A stretch of 64,000 bases of DNA. Origin: an uncultured Bacillales bacterium (GTDB lineage: Bacteria; Bacillota_I; Bacilli_A; RF39; UBA660). Every line of letters begins with the position of its first letter. Position 1 is the first letter of the stretch. The stretch spans positions 156 through 64,155 of the forward strand of contig CAMUXV010000002.1 in NCBI GenBank assembly GCA_947164795.1. Reading direction: 5' to 3'. The notes beneath the pieces are model-generated. The model was not told the origin of the DNA and made no database searches. It saw only the letters and a program-made list of their open reading frames with translations. The position numbers and the translations under genes are program-made. This document shows positions 48,824 to 57,297 of the stretch, in pieces.

Positions 48824-49816
48824 ATGTTTTTTAAAAAAATAAAAAACAAATTTTTAATGCTTCTTCTACTACTTATTATGCCCAGCATTGCATTAGCTTA
48901 TTCAGATTATGTAATAGCAGGAGGAGAAAATATTGGTATATCCCTTCACTCAAACGGAGTAATAATTGTTGGATCTTATGAAGTTGAAGGAAATAATCCT
49001 GCTAGAGAAAGTGGATTAAATAATGGCGATAGAATAATCAAAGTTAATGATACAGAAACTCCAAGTATAGAAAAAATGTTAGATATAATTGAAAATTTAA
49101 ATGCAAAAGATAATATTAAAATAGCATATATTAGAGGTAATAAGGAATATACTACTAATCTTAGTTTAAAGAAAGATACAAATAATGTTTACAAAACAGG
49201 ATTATATGTTAAAGATAGTATAACAGGAGTTGGCACATTAACATTTATTGATCCAAACACAAAGAAATTTGGAGCATTAGGTCATGAAATAATTGAAAAA
49301 AATACTGGGCAAAAACTTGAAATAAAAGATGGAAGTATCTACTCATCTACTGTAACAGGAATAATTAAAAGCACAATTGGAACTCCTGGAGAAAAAAATG
49401 CTAAATATGATAGTACTAATATATTTGGAAATGTAAAAGAAAATACTACAAGAGGTATCTTTGGTGAATATACAAAAGAAATACCTGATAAAAAACTATA
49501 TAAAGTAGCAAGCCCTAATGAAACAAATGAAGGAAATGCTACTATTCTAACTGTAATAGAAGATGATAATGTCGAAGAATTTAAAATAAATATATTAAAA
49601 GTAAGTTTAAATACTGATTCTTCTAAAAACATATTATTTGAAGTAACAGATAATATTCTTCTTAAAAAAACTGGTGGTATAGTTCAGGGTATGAGTGGTA
49701 GTCCAATTATTCAAAATGATAAAATAATAGGAGCAGTAACCCATGTAGTAGTTGATGATCCCACTAAAGGATATGGTACTTTTATTACTAAAATGTTAGA
49801 AGAAGCAGAAAATTAA
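48824..49816 (+). CDS. spoIVB: SpoIVB signalling serine peptidase (S55) with a PDZ domain
   Basis: Signal/TM head, PDZ NPARESGLNNGDRIIKVND, catalytic region GALGHEI...GIVQGMSGSPII. Confidence 0.9.
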   Translation: MFFKKIKNKFLMLLLLLIMPSIALAYSDYVIAGGENIGISLHSNGVIIVGSYEVEGNNPARESGLNNGDRIIKVNDTETPSIEKMLDIIENLNAKDNIKIAYIRGNKEYTTNLSLKKDTNNVYKTGLYVKDSITGVGTLTFIDPNTKKFGALGHEIIEKNTGQKLEIKDGSIYSSTVTGIIKSTIGTPGEKNAKYDSTNIFGNVKENTTRGIFGEYTKEIPDKKLYKVASPNETNEGNATILTVIEDDNVEEFKINILKVSLNTDSSKNILFEVTDNILLKKTGGIVQGMSGSPIIQNDKIIGAVTHVVVDDPTKGYGTFITKMLEEAEN

Positions 49817-49818
49817 TA

Positions 49819-49840
49819 GAGTCTTAGGACTCTTTCTTTA
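49819..49840 (+). terminator. Terminator after spoIVB
   Basis: AGAGTC-TTAG-GACTCT followed by TTCTTT. Confidence 0.55.
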
Positions 49841-49964
49841 TAGTTTTTTTGAAAGATAATTTTTTTATCTCTCAAAATACAAAAAAAAAAATACTCAGTT
49901 AATTAAACATAATAAATACTTATTATCAAAATAATTATATTTAAAAAAAAGAGCTCAATGAACT

Positions 49965-50195
49965 CTATTCTTCTACTGTAAACTCTTCTAATTTACCATT
50001 TTCAAGCATAATTTTATTTACTTTATCAGATACTTCATTAAGCTTATCTGAACACTCTTTAGCAAGTTTCATAGCCTCAGTATATTTATTAATAGCATCA
50101 TCTAATGGTACTTCTCCACTTTCTAATTCTTTTACTATTTCCTCTAATGTTCTAATTTTATCTTCAAAACTAATTTCTTCTTTTTTCGTAGCCAA
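49965..50195 (-). CDS. xseB: Exodeoxyribonuclease VII small subunit
   Basis: 76 aa. SFEDKIRTLEEIVKELESGEVPLDDAINKYTEAMKL is a typical XseB. Confidence 0.9.
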   Translation of the reverse strand: MATKKEEISFEDKIRTLEEIVKELESGEVPLDDAINKYTEAMKLAKECSDKLNEVSDKVNKIMLENGKLEEFTVEE

Positions 50196-50197
50196 TT

Positions 50198-51475
50198 CTA
50201 CTCACCTACCTTTATTATTTTACTAATTAATTCTCCATCTTTTAATGTTATTTTTATTTCATCATCTTTCATAATTTTTTTAATACTAGATATTACCTTG
50301 TTATCTTTCTTTATAATAGAATAACCTCTAGATAAAGTATTTAAAGGATTTAGTACTTCTAATTTAGATATTAAATGGTTAAGAGATTGCTCTTTGTATT
50401 TATATAAAACATTGGGATTATTAAGCACATAACTATTATTTAAAGTATATACTTTAATCTTAGCATTATCTACTAACTTTAATATAGACTTATTTAAATT
50501 ATCCATAAGAATATCTAATTTCTGTTCTTTTATTTCATACATACTAATAGGTCTGGATAAAATATAACTACTCTTTAAACTATCTAATTTTTTTCTATTA
50601 ATAGTAAGAATATTACTAATAGCAGTATAGCTTCTGCTTCTAGCAGAATCTAAGTATGTAATAATAGTATTAATATCAGGTACTGCTAGTTCACCAGCAG
50701 CAGTTGGAGTAGGAGCTCTAAGATCCGCTACATAATCAGATATTGTAATATCAATTTCATGACCTACAGCACTAATTACAGGTATATTACATTCATATAT
50801 GGCTCTAGCTACTATTTCCTCATTAAAAGGCCATAAATCCTCTAGAGATCCTCCTCCACGACCTACTATTAAAGTATCAAGTTCTAATTCATCACGAAGT
50901 GAATCTGCCAATTTAATTTTTTTAGCGATATCACTTGCGGCATTTTCACCTTGCACTAAAGCAGGAAATAAAATAATCTCTGTAATTGGATATCTTCTTT
51001 TAATCGTCGTTAAGATATCCTTAATTGCTGCACCAGTAGGAGAAGTAACTACTCCTACTCTTCTCGGAATTCTCTTAATTTTCTTTTTCTTTTCTTTATC
51101 AAATAAACCTTCACCAGATAATTTCTTCTTTAGTTCTTCAAAGGCTACATACAGAGCGCCAATACCATCTGGCATCATATCCTCAACATATATTTGATAT
51201 GAACCAGAAGCCTCATAAACATCAATTTTACCAGTTACTAATACTTTCATGCCATCATTAGGTACAAATTTTATATTCTTATTATTAAAAGAAAACATAA
51301 CAGCATTTATTCTACTATTCTCATCTTTTAAAGTAAAATAATAATGCCCTCTAGAATGAGCCTTAAAATTAGATACTTCTCCCTTTAAATATACCTTTTT
51401 TAGTAATAAATCATCATTAATAACTTCTTTTATATATTTATTTACTTCTGAAACAGTAATATAATTATTGTTCAT
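50198..51475 (-). CDS. xseA: Exodeoxyribonuclease VII large subunit
   Basis: N-terminal OB fold (VSEVNKYIKEVI...GEVSNFK.HSRGHYYFTLKD) and catalytic core RGGGSLEDLWPFNEE. Confidence 0.95.
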   Translation of the reverse strand: MNNNYITVSEVNKYIKEVINDDLLLKKVYLKGEVSNFKAHSRGHYYFTLKDENSRINAVMFSFNNKNIKFVPNDGMKVLVTGKIDVYEASGSYQIYVEDMMPDGIGALYVAFEELKKKLSGEGLFDKEKKKKIKRIPRRVGVVTSPTGAAIKDILTTIKRRYPITEIILFPALVQGENAASDIAKKIKLADSLRDELELDTLIVGRGGGSLEDLWPFNEEIVARAIYECNIPVISAVGHEIDITISDYVADLRAPTPTAAGELAVPDINTIITYLDSARSRSYTAISNILTINRKKLDSLKSSYILSRPISMYEIKEQKLDILMDNLNKSILKLVDNAKIKVYTLNNSYVLNNPNVLYKYKEQSLNHLISKLEVLNPLNTLSRGYSIIKKDNKVISSIKKIMKDDEIKITLKDGELISKIIKVGE

Positions 51476-51905
51476 TATCTAACCTTTCATGATATATTTT
51501 ATCAAGTACTCCATTAATCATTTTAGACACCTTCTCATCAGAATATTTCTTTGATAATTCGATAGCTTCATTAATGCTTACAAGTGGTGGTGTCTTTGTA
51601 TACATAAGTTCATATATAGCCATCCTAATAATTGCTTGATCAGTAAGGCCAAGTCTTTCAATATTCCAATTTTCTAAATATTTACCTGCTTTTTCATCTA
51701 TTTTATCAATATTGTCTAATACACCATTAATAAGTAAATTTAAAAATTCAATATCAATTCTCTTTCTTTCTTCAATTTCAATATCCTCTAACATTTCTTC
51801 TATAACTTCTTCGATAGTATATTTAATATTGTTTTTATTATATAAGAAAATTTGATATAAAATAGTCATAGTCTTTTCTCTCGTAATTGTTCTACTTGTT
51901 TTCAT
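51465..51905 (-). CDS. nusB: Transcription antitermination factor NusB
   Basis: REKTMTILYQ...AIIRMAIYEL...INEAIELSKKY. Start at 51905 follows GAGGTG. Confidence 0.9.
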   Translation of the reverse strand: MKTSRTITREKTMTILYQIFLYNKNNIKYTIEEVIEEMLEDIEIEERKRIDIEFLNLLINGVLDNIDKIDEKAGKYLENWNIERLGLTDQAIIRMAIYELMYTKTPPLVSINEAIELSKKYSDEKVSKMINGVLDKIYHERLDNEQ

Positions 51906-51988
51906 CTGCCACACCTCAATAAATATCATATCACAAAAGAGATTTTTTTTAAATACAAAAAGAAAAAAACATCACTATAAGTGACATT

Positions 51989-52753
51989 TTATTCTATTAT
52001 TATTTTTAATCTAGATTTATTTTTAGATTGCTTACGATAATCATCACAAATATCTTTCAACTCGCCATATTCATTTTTTGAAATCGGAAAGCCATATAAC
52101 AATCTTTCCGGATATGATAACTCTTTTCCATATTCTATCAACTCTTTATTCTCTTCATACTGATTAGTTTCTTTAAAAAATGTTTCTAATGGATAAGATA
52201 AAGAGCACTCATTGATAGCGTAGCCATCTATAAGATAATTATATAACATTCTTTTCTTTCTAAATATTTGATCATGATATTTTAAAAAATTCTCTGATAA
52301 AATATTAATACACCACATAACTGATTTTATATTTGCAAGCCTTTCATCTGGTATATAGTCATGTAACTCCCCAATTCTTTCTTTAATAATCGCATGATTA
52401 CTAATTTCTAATAATCTATTTTGCAGTTTATTATTATGCCTTTTTTCTTGAGTAACATGAGCAAATTCATGAAGTATTATAACTAATATTCCAATATTCT
52501 TATCCAATTGAGTAATATCATATTTATCTAAAGCAGAAATATCAATATAAATACTTTTATTATGTGAATTATATAAACCATCAAAATATTTTTCTTCTTT
52601 GTTCTTAGTATTATATCTATATACAAGAACTTTTTTTAGATAATCTTCACAGTGATAGTATTTCCTTAAAATAAATAATATATCTCTAACAAATTCAAAA
52701 TCAGCAGGTTTATTTTCATATTCATCTAGAATACTCAATATCTCTTTTATCAT
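51989..52753 (-). CDS. Hypothetical protein with an HExxH zinc-metalloprotease-like motif (254 aa)
   Basis: GILVIILHEFAHVTQEK is an HExxH in a hydrophobic helix context. No other motif recognised. Confidence 0.5.
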   Translation of the reverse strand: MIKEILSILDEYENKPADFEFVRDILFILRKYYHCEDYLKKVLVYRYNTKNKEEKYFDGLYNSHNKSIYIDISALDKYDITQLDKNIGILVIILHEFAHVTQEKRHNNKLQNRLLEISNHAIIKERIGELHDYIPDERLANIKSVMWCINILSENFLKYHDQIFRKKRMLYNYLIDGYAINECSLSYPLETFFKETNQYEENKELIEYGKELSYPERLLYGFPISKNEYGELKDICDDYRKQSKNKSRLKIIIE

Positions 52754-52807
52754 ATTTCCCCCTCAAGTAGAAAATATGATAACACAAAATTATAAAAAAG
52801 TAAACAA

Positions 52808-54001
52808 TTATTCGCTTTTCTCTGTACTGTTAGGTATAATTTCTTGATACTTAGTTATATCCTCAATAACTTTTACAAATAGATTCATATTAATTTTACC
52901 TTTATCTTTATCTTCATTTAATATAATTACATTAGTTATATCTTCGATATTCTGGTATTTTTCTTTTAATAACTCCTTTACTTTTTTAACGGAAGCTTCC
53001 TTCGCTTCTTCATAATTATATTTCTTATCAATTATATTAGTTTCGTATTGATACTCAATAATAAAATTAAATGGAAAGATAATATCATTAAATATATATT
53101 TAATATCCTTATCAAATGATTTATATTCATTAAAATCAAAGAAAGGTATTCTTTTATTAATAATATTAAGCACTAATACTTTTTTCTTATTGCCAGTATA
53201 TATAACTTCATGATAGTGATATGGAAAAACTATCGACACATTATACCAGACTTCTCCAATTACTCTTCCACTAGCAGAATCCACTGCTATTTCGTTATTA
53301 GGTTTAATAATCTCAGGAGATATTATTACCTCACCTTTCTTTACATAAGTATCTGTTTTTTTTACCTTTTCCCCACTTTCAGCATAAATTCTTTTAATGA
53401 CGGCATTTTTACTAGCCACTATTTCATATATTCTATTATCCTTACTTTTCTTATTCAAGATTCTTTCTTCTACTCTTACAATATATTTAGTACCATTTCT
53501 AATTATCTCTAGCCATTCTATTTTATCTTTATTATTTTCTAATATTTTATTTTCTATCTCTTCAATTTCATCATAACTCTTTACAAAGGAATACTTTTTT
53601 ATACCATAATTAGATAATTCTTCAATTAAAGAATTAATTAATTTATTATTGGAATGAATAACTTCTACTTTAAATATTATATTAGATAATATAGTGATTG
53701 TTATTATTCCAATAATTAAAAATACAAAAATATACATATTTTTCTTAATAAATTTTAATATATTTAGTTTACCATAATACTTTATTACCTTTATATCATA
53801 AATAGCTTTATATTTTAACACATCAGCATAATCATTATAATCTATAATCAAATCTACTTCCTTATATGATACAGGTATTACCTTAACAATATTAATCTTG
53901 TTTCTAATCAATCTTTTAATAAAATTATTTGTATTTTTTCCACTTACTCTGATTCTAACATCACTTGAAAAAAATCTAAATATTTTATCTTTCATATACA
54001 A
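52808..54001 (-). CDS. yqfD: Sporulation protein YqfD
   Basis: 397 aa. N-terminal RIRVSGKNTNNFIKRLIRNKINI, one TM, and GEVWYNVSIVFPYHYHEVIYTGNKKK (Bacillus GETWYRSEVTVP...VYTGKVRTK). Confidence 0.85.
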   Translation of the reverse strand: MYMKDKIFRFFSSDVRIRVSGKNTNNFIKRLIRNKINIVKVIPVSYKEVDLIIDYNDYADVLKYKAIYDIKVIKYYGKLNILKFIKKNMYIFVFLIIGIITITILSNIIFKVEVIHSNNKLINSLIEELSNYGIKKYSFVKSYDEIEEIENKILENNKDKIEWLEIIRNGTKYIVRVEERILNKKSKDNRIYEIVASKNAVIKRIYAESGEKVKKTDTYVKKGEVIISPEIIKPNNEIAVDSASGRVIGEVWYNVSIVFPYHYHEVIYTGNKKKVLVLNIINKRIPFFDFNEYKSFDKDIKYIFNDIIFPFNFIIEYQYETNIIDKKYNYEEAKEASVKKVKELLKEKYQNIEDITNVIILNEDKDKGKINMNLFVKVIEDITKYQEIIPNSTEKSE

Positions 54002-54007
54002 TCACCC

Positions 54008-54256
54008 TTAAATAAAAGTAATTTTCTTAATATCACCAGTAATTAATATTTCTTCCTCCATCATTTTAGATATAACAAGATTATCCCCTTCTACATAATA
54101 TGAATTATTATTAAATTCAAAAGAAATTAAAGAAGAAGAAAAATCTAATATTTTAGTATAATTAATAACATCTAATGATTTATTCTTATATATCATACTA
54201 AAATTATTATCATTTATATAATTATCTACTACTCTAAATAATCTATTTTTTTTCAT
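54008..54256 (-). CDS. yqfC: Sporulation protein YqfC (YabP family)
   Basis: 82 aa, immediately upstream of yqfD, ending ...EEEILITGDIKKITFI. The track extension to 54349 is rejected (no RBS, non-conserved). Confidence 0.7.
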   Translation of the reverse strand: MKKNRLFRVVDNYINDNNFSMIYKNKSLDVINYTKILDFSSSLISFEFNNNSYYVEGDNLVISKMMEEEILITGDIKKITFI

Positions 54257-54383
54257 AATAATATATATGATTAATAGAAATAAATTATGATAATAGAAAA
54301 AATACCTTATTTTAGGTATTCGTAGTGTAACTTTAGCACATATTTGCATAAGTTATATTGAATATAAAAAAGGGGTGGATTAT

Positions 54384-54803
54384 ATGTGTAATAATGACAA
54401 CAATTCTTGTGAGAATTGCATCGCGGATATCCTTAAAGTTATCCTATTACTTCAACAAAGTGTCTGCAAAAGCGATTGCTGCTTAGAAACATGTGATAGA
54501 GGTTTCTTAGGACAAAATAGCAGTTTATACTATAATACTAGACCAATAGTATTATATACATGTGGTACAGGAAGTGAACCACTAGCAATGCCAATAAGTA
54601 AGGATCCTTCAGTTACCACTACTAGTACGGTCTTTAGATTAGAAAAATTAGATGATTGCTGTGCAACATGCAGAGTACTAGCACCAAATACTGATACAAC
54701 TAGTATGTTTCCATACGAAGCAACAAATTCTTTCTTTACAATTAATCTAAATTGCGTCTGTGTCCTAAGATGCTTAGATGATACATTTGTTGATTGTATT
54801 TAA
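54384..54803 (+). CDS. CotY/CotZ/ExsY-family cysteine-rich spore coat or crust protein
   Basis: NSCENCIADILKVILLLQQ...CC..C...YNTRPIVLY...TVFRLEKLDDCCATCRVL parallels CotZ/CotY features (C-rich N-terminus, NT.PF..Y, TVFFRVE....CATL). 16 Cys in 139 aa. Confidence 0.6.
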   Translation: MCNNDNNSCENCIADILKVILLLQQSVCKSDCCLETCDRGFLGQNSSLYYNTRPIVLYTCGTGSEPLAMPISKDPSVTTTSTVFRLEKLDDCCATCRVLAPNTDTTSMFPYEATNSFFTINLNCVCVLRCLDDTFVDCI

Positions 54804-54828
54804 AATAGGTTTAATTACCTATTTTTTT
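54803..54828. terminator. Terminator shared by convergent cotY/Z-like and tmk genes
   Basis: AAATAGGT-TTAATT-ACCTATTT followed by TTTT. Confidence 0.6.
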
Positions 54829-55482
54829 CTTTACTAAGCTATATATTTTATTATGTATTTCTTCAATACTAAGCATTTCATCATTATTTGAGCATTCAAC
54901 AAAATCCCAACTATATTTATTAGCAATATATATTGAAGTATCCGATACTTTTCTCATGAATTCTAAATCGCTTTCATGAATATCATCTTTTACTCCTGTT
55001 TCTCTTTTTCTTTTTTCTTTTAAACTTTTCGCAAGTTCAAAAGGTACATGCAAGAATATTACTAAATCAGGGATTGGAAGACTAAGCTTATTATATTCAT
55101 AATCATAGATATAATTAATAAATTCTTCTCTTCTATTTTTATTCTCAATTGATGTGGCTTGATATATTAATGACGAAGTAGTATATCTATCTAAAACAAT
55201 AATACCATCTTTTTCAAATTCATTCTTTAAACCAGTTTCCCAAGTTATAGCCCTATCTTGAGCATATAAACTATTAACAAAGTAAGGAGATAATTCACTA
55301 ATTTTACCAAAATTTCCTTTTAGGTATTCCTCTACAGGTCTACCCTGATATGTTCCATAACTAGGAAAATGATGTTTAATAATATTATATCCTTCCTTTT
55401 GCAATCTATCTATTAATAAATTATATTGAGTGCTCTTACCTACCCCATCACAAGATCCTTCAATTACAATTAATTTTCCCAT
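54811..55482 (-). CDS. tmk: Thymidylate (dTMP) kinase
   Basis: P-loop IVIEGSCDGVGKSTQ, FPSYGT...G..VEEYL, and DRY motif LDRYTTSS. Confidence 0.8.
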   Translation of the reverse strand: MGKLIVIEGSCDGVGKSTQYNLLIDRLQKEGYNIIKHHFPSYGTYQGRPVEEYLKGNFGKISELSPYFVNSLYAQDRAITWETGLKNEFEKDGIIVLDRYTTSSLIYQATSIENKNRREEFINYIYDYEYNKLSLPIPDLVIFLHVPFELAKSLKEKRKRETGVKDDIHESDLEFMRKVSDTSIYIANKYSWDFVECSNNDEMLSIEEIHNKIYSLVKKKIGN

Positions 55483-55976
55483 TATTTAACCCTCTTTCTC
55501 GTATATTTATTCCTAGTATAATTAAGTTCATTATATGAATATTCTCCTAGTACTTCTACATCCCATTCATTAACATCAAATTCCGGAAAGAAAGTATCAG
55601 CATTAAAGTATTCATCTACTTCAGTTAAATACATTGTATCTACGTATGGAATAAATTGTTGGTATATAGAAGCACCTCCTATCACCATAAATTCATCTTT
55701 ATTGGTGCCAATATAATTAAGTAGCTTATCCATACTATCAAATGAATTAACATCAAAACTAACATCTAAGTTATCAGGAGATAAAACAAAGGCAGTTCTA
55801 TTTTCAAAAGCTTTAGAAGGCATACTAAATAAAGTATTTCTCCCTACTACTACATTTTTACCCCAAGTCATTTCTTTATAAAAGACTAAATCCTCTGGTA
55901 TATGCCACAACAAATGATTATCTAATCCTAATTCTCTATTTTTACCAATAGCGGCTATTAAACTTAAATTTTTCAT
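55482..55976 (-). CDS. folA: Dihydrofolate reductase
   Basis: LSLIAAIGKNRELGLDNHLLWHIPEDLVFYKEMT..VVVGRNT...VIGGASIY. Start is 55976 or 55979, after AAGGAGGA. Overlaps the thyA stop. Confidence 0.9.
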   Translation of the reverse strand: MKNLSLIAAIGKNRELGLDNHLLWHIPEDLVFYKEMTWGKNVVVGRNTLFSMPSKAFENRTAFVLSPDNLDVSFDVNSFDSMDKLLNYIGTNKDEFMVIGGASIYQQFIPYVDTMYLTEVDEYFNADTFFPEFDVNEWDVEVLGEYSYNELNYTRNKYTRKRVK

Positions 55977-55986
55977 CATATCCTCC

Positions 55987-57153
55987 TTATTGGGCAACAT
56001 CCATAGATATCTTACCCATATGCTTATAATTTACCACTTTTATATCCATTAATTCTTTTGAATTATCAAACTTAAAGAAATTATCTATATCTGGATTAAT
56101 CCATAATTTGGGTTTAACTGGATCTAGTATCATATCAATAACTCTAATATCACTATCCATGACTTGATATTCTTTTGAATTCTTATCTAAAACTAATATT
56201 TCTTTTTCTAAATTATCCTTCATTGATATAAGCTCTTCACTACCCAGTTTAGATAATTCATCATATTTTTTCCCTCTCCTCAATTGTTCTTTCATACCAT
56301 CAATTTCATTTACATAGATATGGGGATCATTAATTGAATATGATATAGTTGTAGGAGTTAAACCAGTAACTTGAGCAATCATTTTAAGTAAGCAAGCATA
56401 CTGAGTTACATTAAAAGGAAGCCCTAAAGGTACATCGCAACTTCTTTGATGAACCATTAAACTAAGCTCATTTCCCGTTACATTCCATTCCGTACTCCAA
56501 ACACAAGAGGGAAGAACCGCAGTTCTAAGAAATTCATCTTGCCATAAACTTTTAACTTTTCTTCGATCAGTAGTAGCATAATTCTTAATTGACTCAATTA
56601 GCATTTCAGTATGATTATATCTATTTACTATAAATCCATATGCAGTACCAATTGTATAGGCATAATCTTTTCCATACCATTTAGCAGCTTTAATATTTTT
56701 CCCATCGATTTTACTCTTAGCTTTCATAACATTACCATTATCATCTAATTTATTTTTAAATTTATTTTTAAGACCAAAAGGATCAGATACAGGAACACTT
56801 AAAGGGTCTATTACATCAACTTCTTTATCAGCATCAAAATTTATCGTATTTGGTTCATATATTCTATAAATACCATCTTCATCTACCATCCACTCATCCC
56901 ATATATGAACATTTCTCTCTTGCAATTCTCTTACATCATTAGAGCCCATTTGCCATATCCATAACATTTCCGTAATAGCTTGTCTTGCAAAAAACTGTTT
57001 AGTAGTAAGTATTGGGTCTTCATTTCTCAAATCAAATTTAAAGGAATATTCAGGTATTTTAATAGTATTTATTCCTGTCCTATTCTCCACTTCTATTCCT
57101 TCATCTAATATTTTTTTAACTAATTTTAAATACTCTCTATCAAACTCTGTCAT
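55987..57153 (-). CDS. thyA: Thymidylate synthase ThyA (Bacillus ThyA-type) with two large insertions (388 aa)
   Basis: FDREYLKLVKKIL..., ILTTKQ...AI.E.LWIWQ..SNDV, HIWDEW, TIGTAYGF, catalytic LPSCVWSTEW, RSCDVPLGLPFNV, NDPHIY, LWINP...NYKH. Start at 57153 follows AGGAG. Confidence 0.85.
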   Translation of the reverse strand: MTEFDREYLKLVKKILDEGIEVENRTGINTIKIPEYSFKFDLRNEDPILTTKQFFARQAITEMLWIWQMGSNDVRELQERNVHIWDEWMVDEDGIYRIYEPNTINFDADKEVDVIDPLSVPVSDPFGLKNKFKNKLDDNGNVMKAKSKIDGKNIKAAKWYGKDYAYTIGTAYGFIVNRYNHTEMLIESIKNYATTDRRKVKSLWQDEFLRTAVLPSCVWSTEWNVTGNELSLMVHQRSCDVPLGLPFNVTQYACLLKMIAQVTGLTPTTISYSINDPHIYVNEIDGMKEQLRRGKKYDELSKLGSEELISMKDNLEKEILVLDKNSKEYQVMDSDIRVIDMILDPVKPKLWINPDIDNFFKFDNSKELMDIKVVNYKHMGKISMDVAQ

Positions 57154-57231
57154 CTTATACACTCCTATTACAATGATAACATAATGACATTTAATAATCA
57201 ATTCATTTTAACTATCAGTTTACAAAATATT

Positions 57232-57272
57232 TTAGCAATCTATATTGACAATTGCTAAAAAGGTGCTATAAT
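57232..57272 (+). promoter_or_regulatory. clpB promoter with an overlapping CIRCE-architecture inverted repeat (second copy)
   Basis: TTAGCAATC-N9-AATTGCTAA (57232-57258) overlaps the -35 TTGACA (57245-57250). Extended -10 TGCTATAAT ends at 57272. About 35 of 41 nt are identical to 10490-10530. Confidence 0.6.
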
Positions 57273-57297
57273 ATATATGAAAGAAAGGGTGATATAT

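Noticed and set aside
54330-54355. A sigma-K-like promoter (AC-N16/17-CATAnnnTA) upstream of the cotY/Z-like gene.
   Set aside because: The -10 CATAAGTTA fits, but the AC dinucleotide is 15 nt upstream. This is mentioned only as a hint in the findings and is not annotated as a feature.
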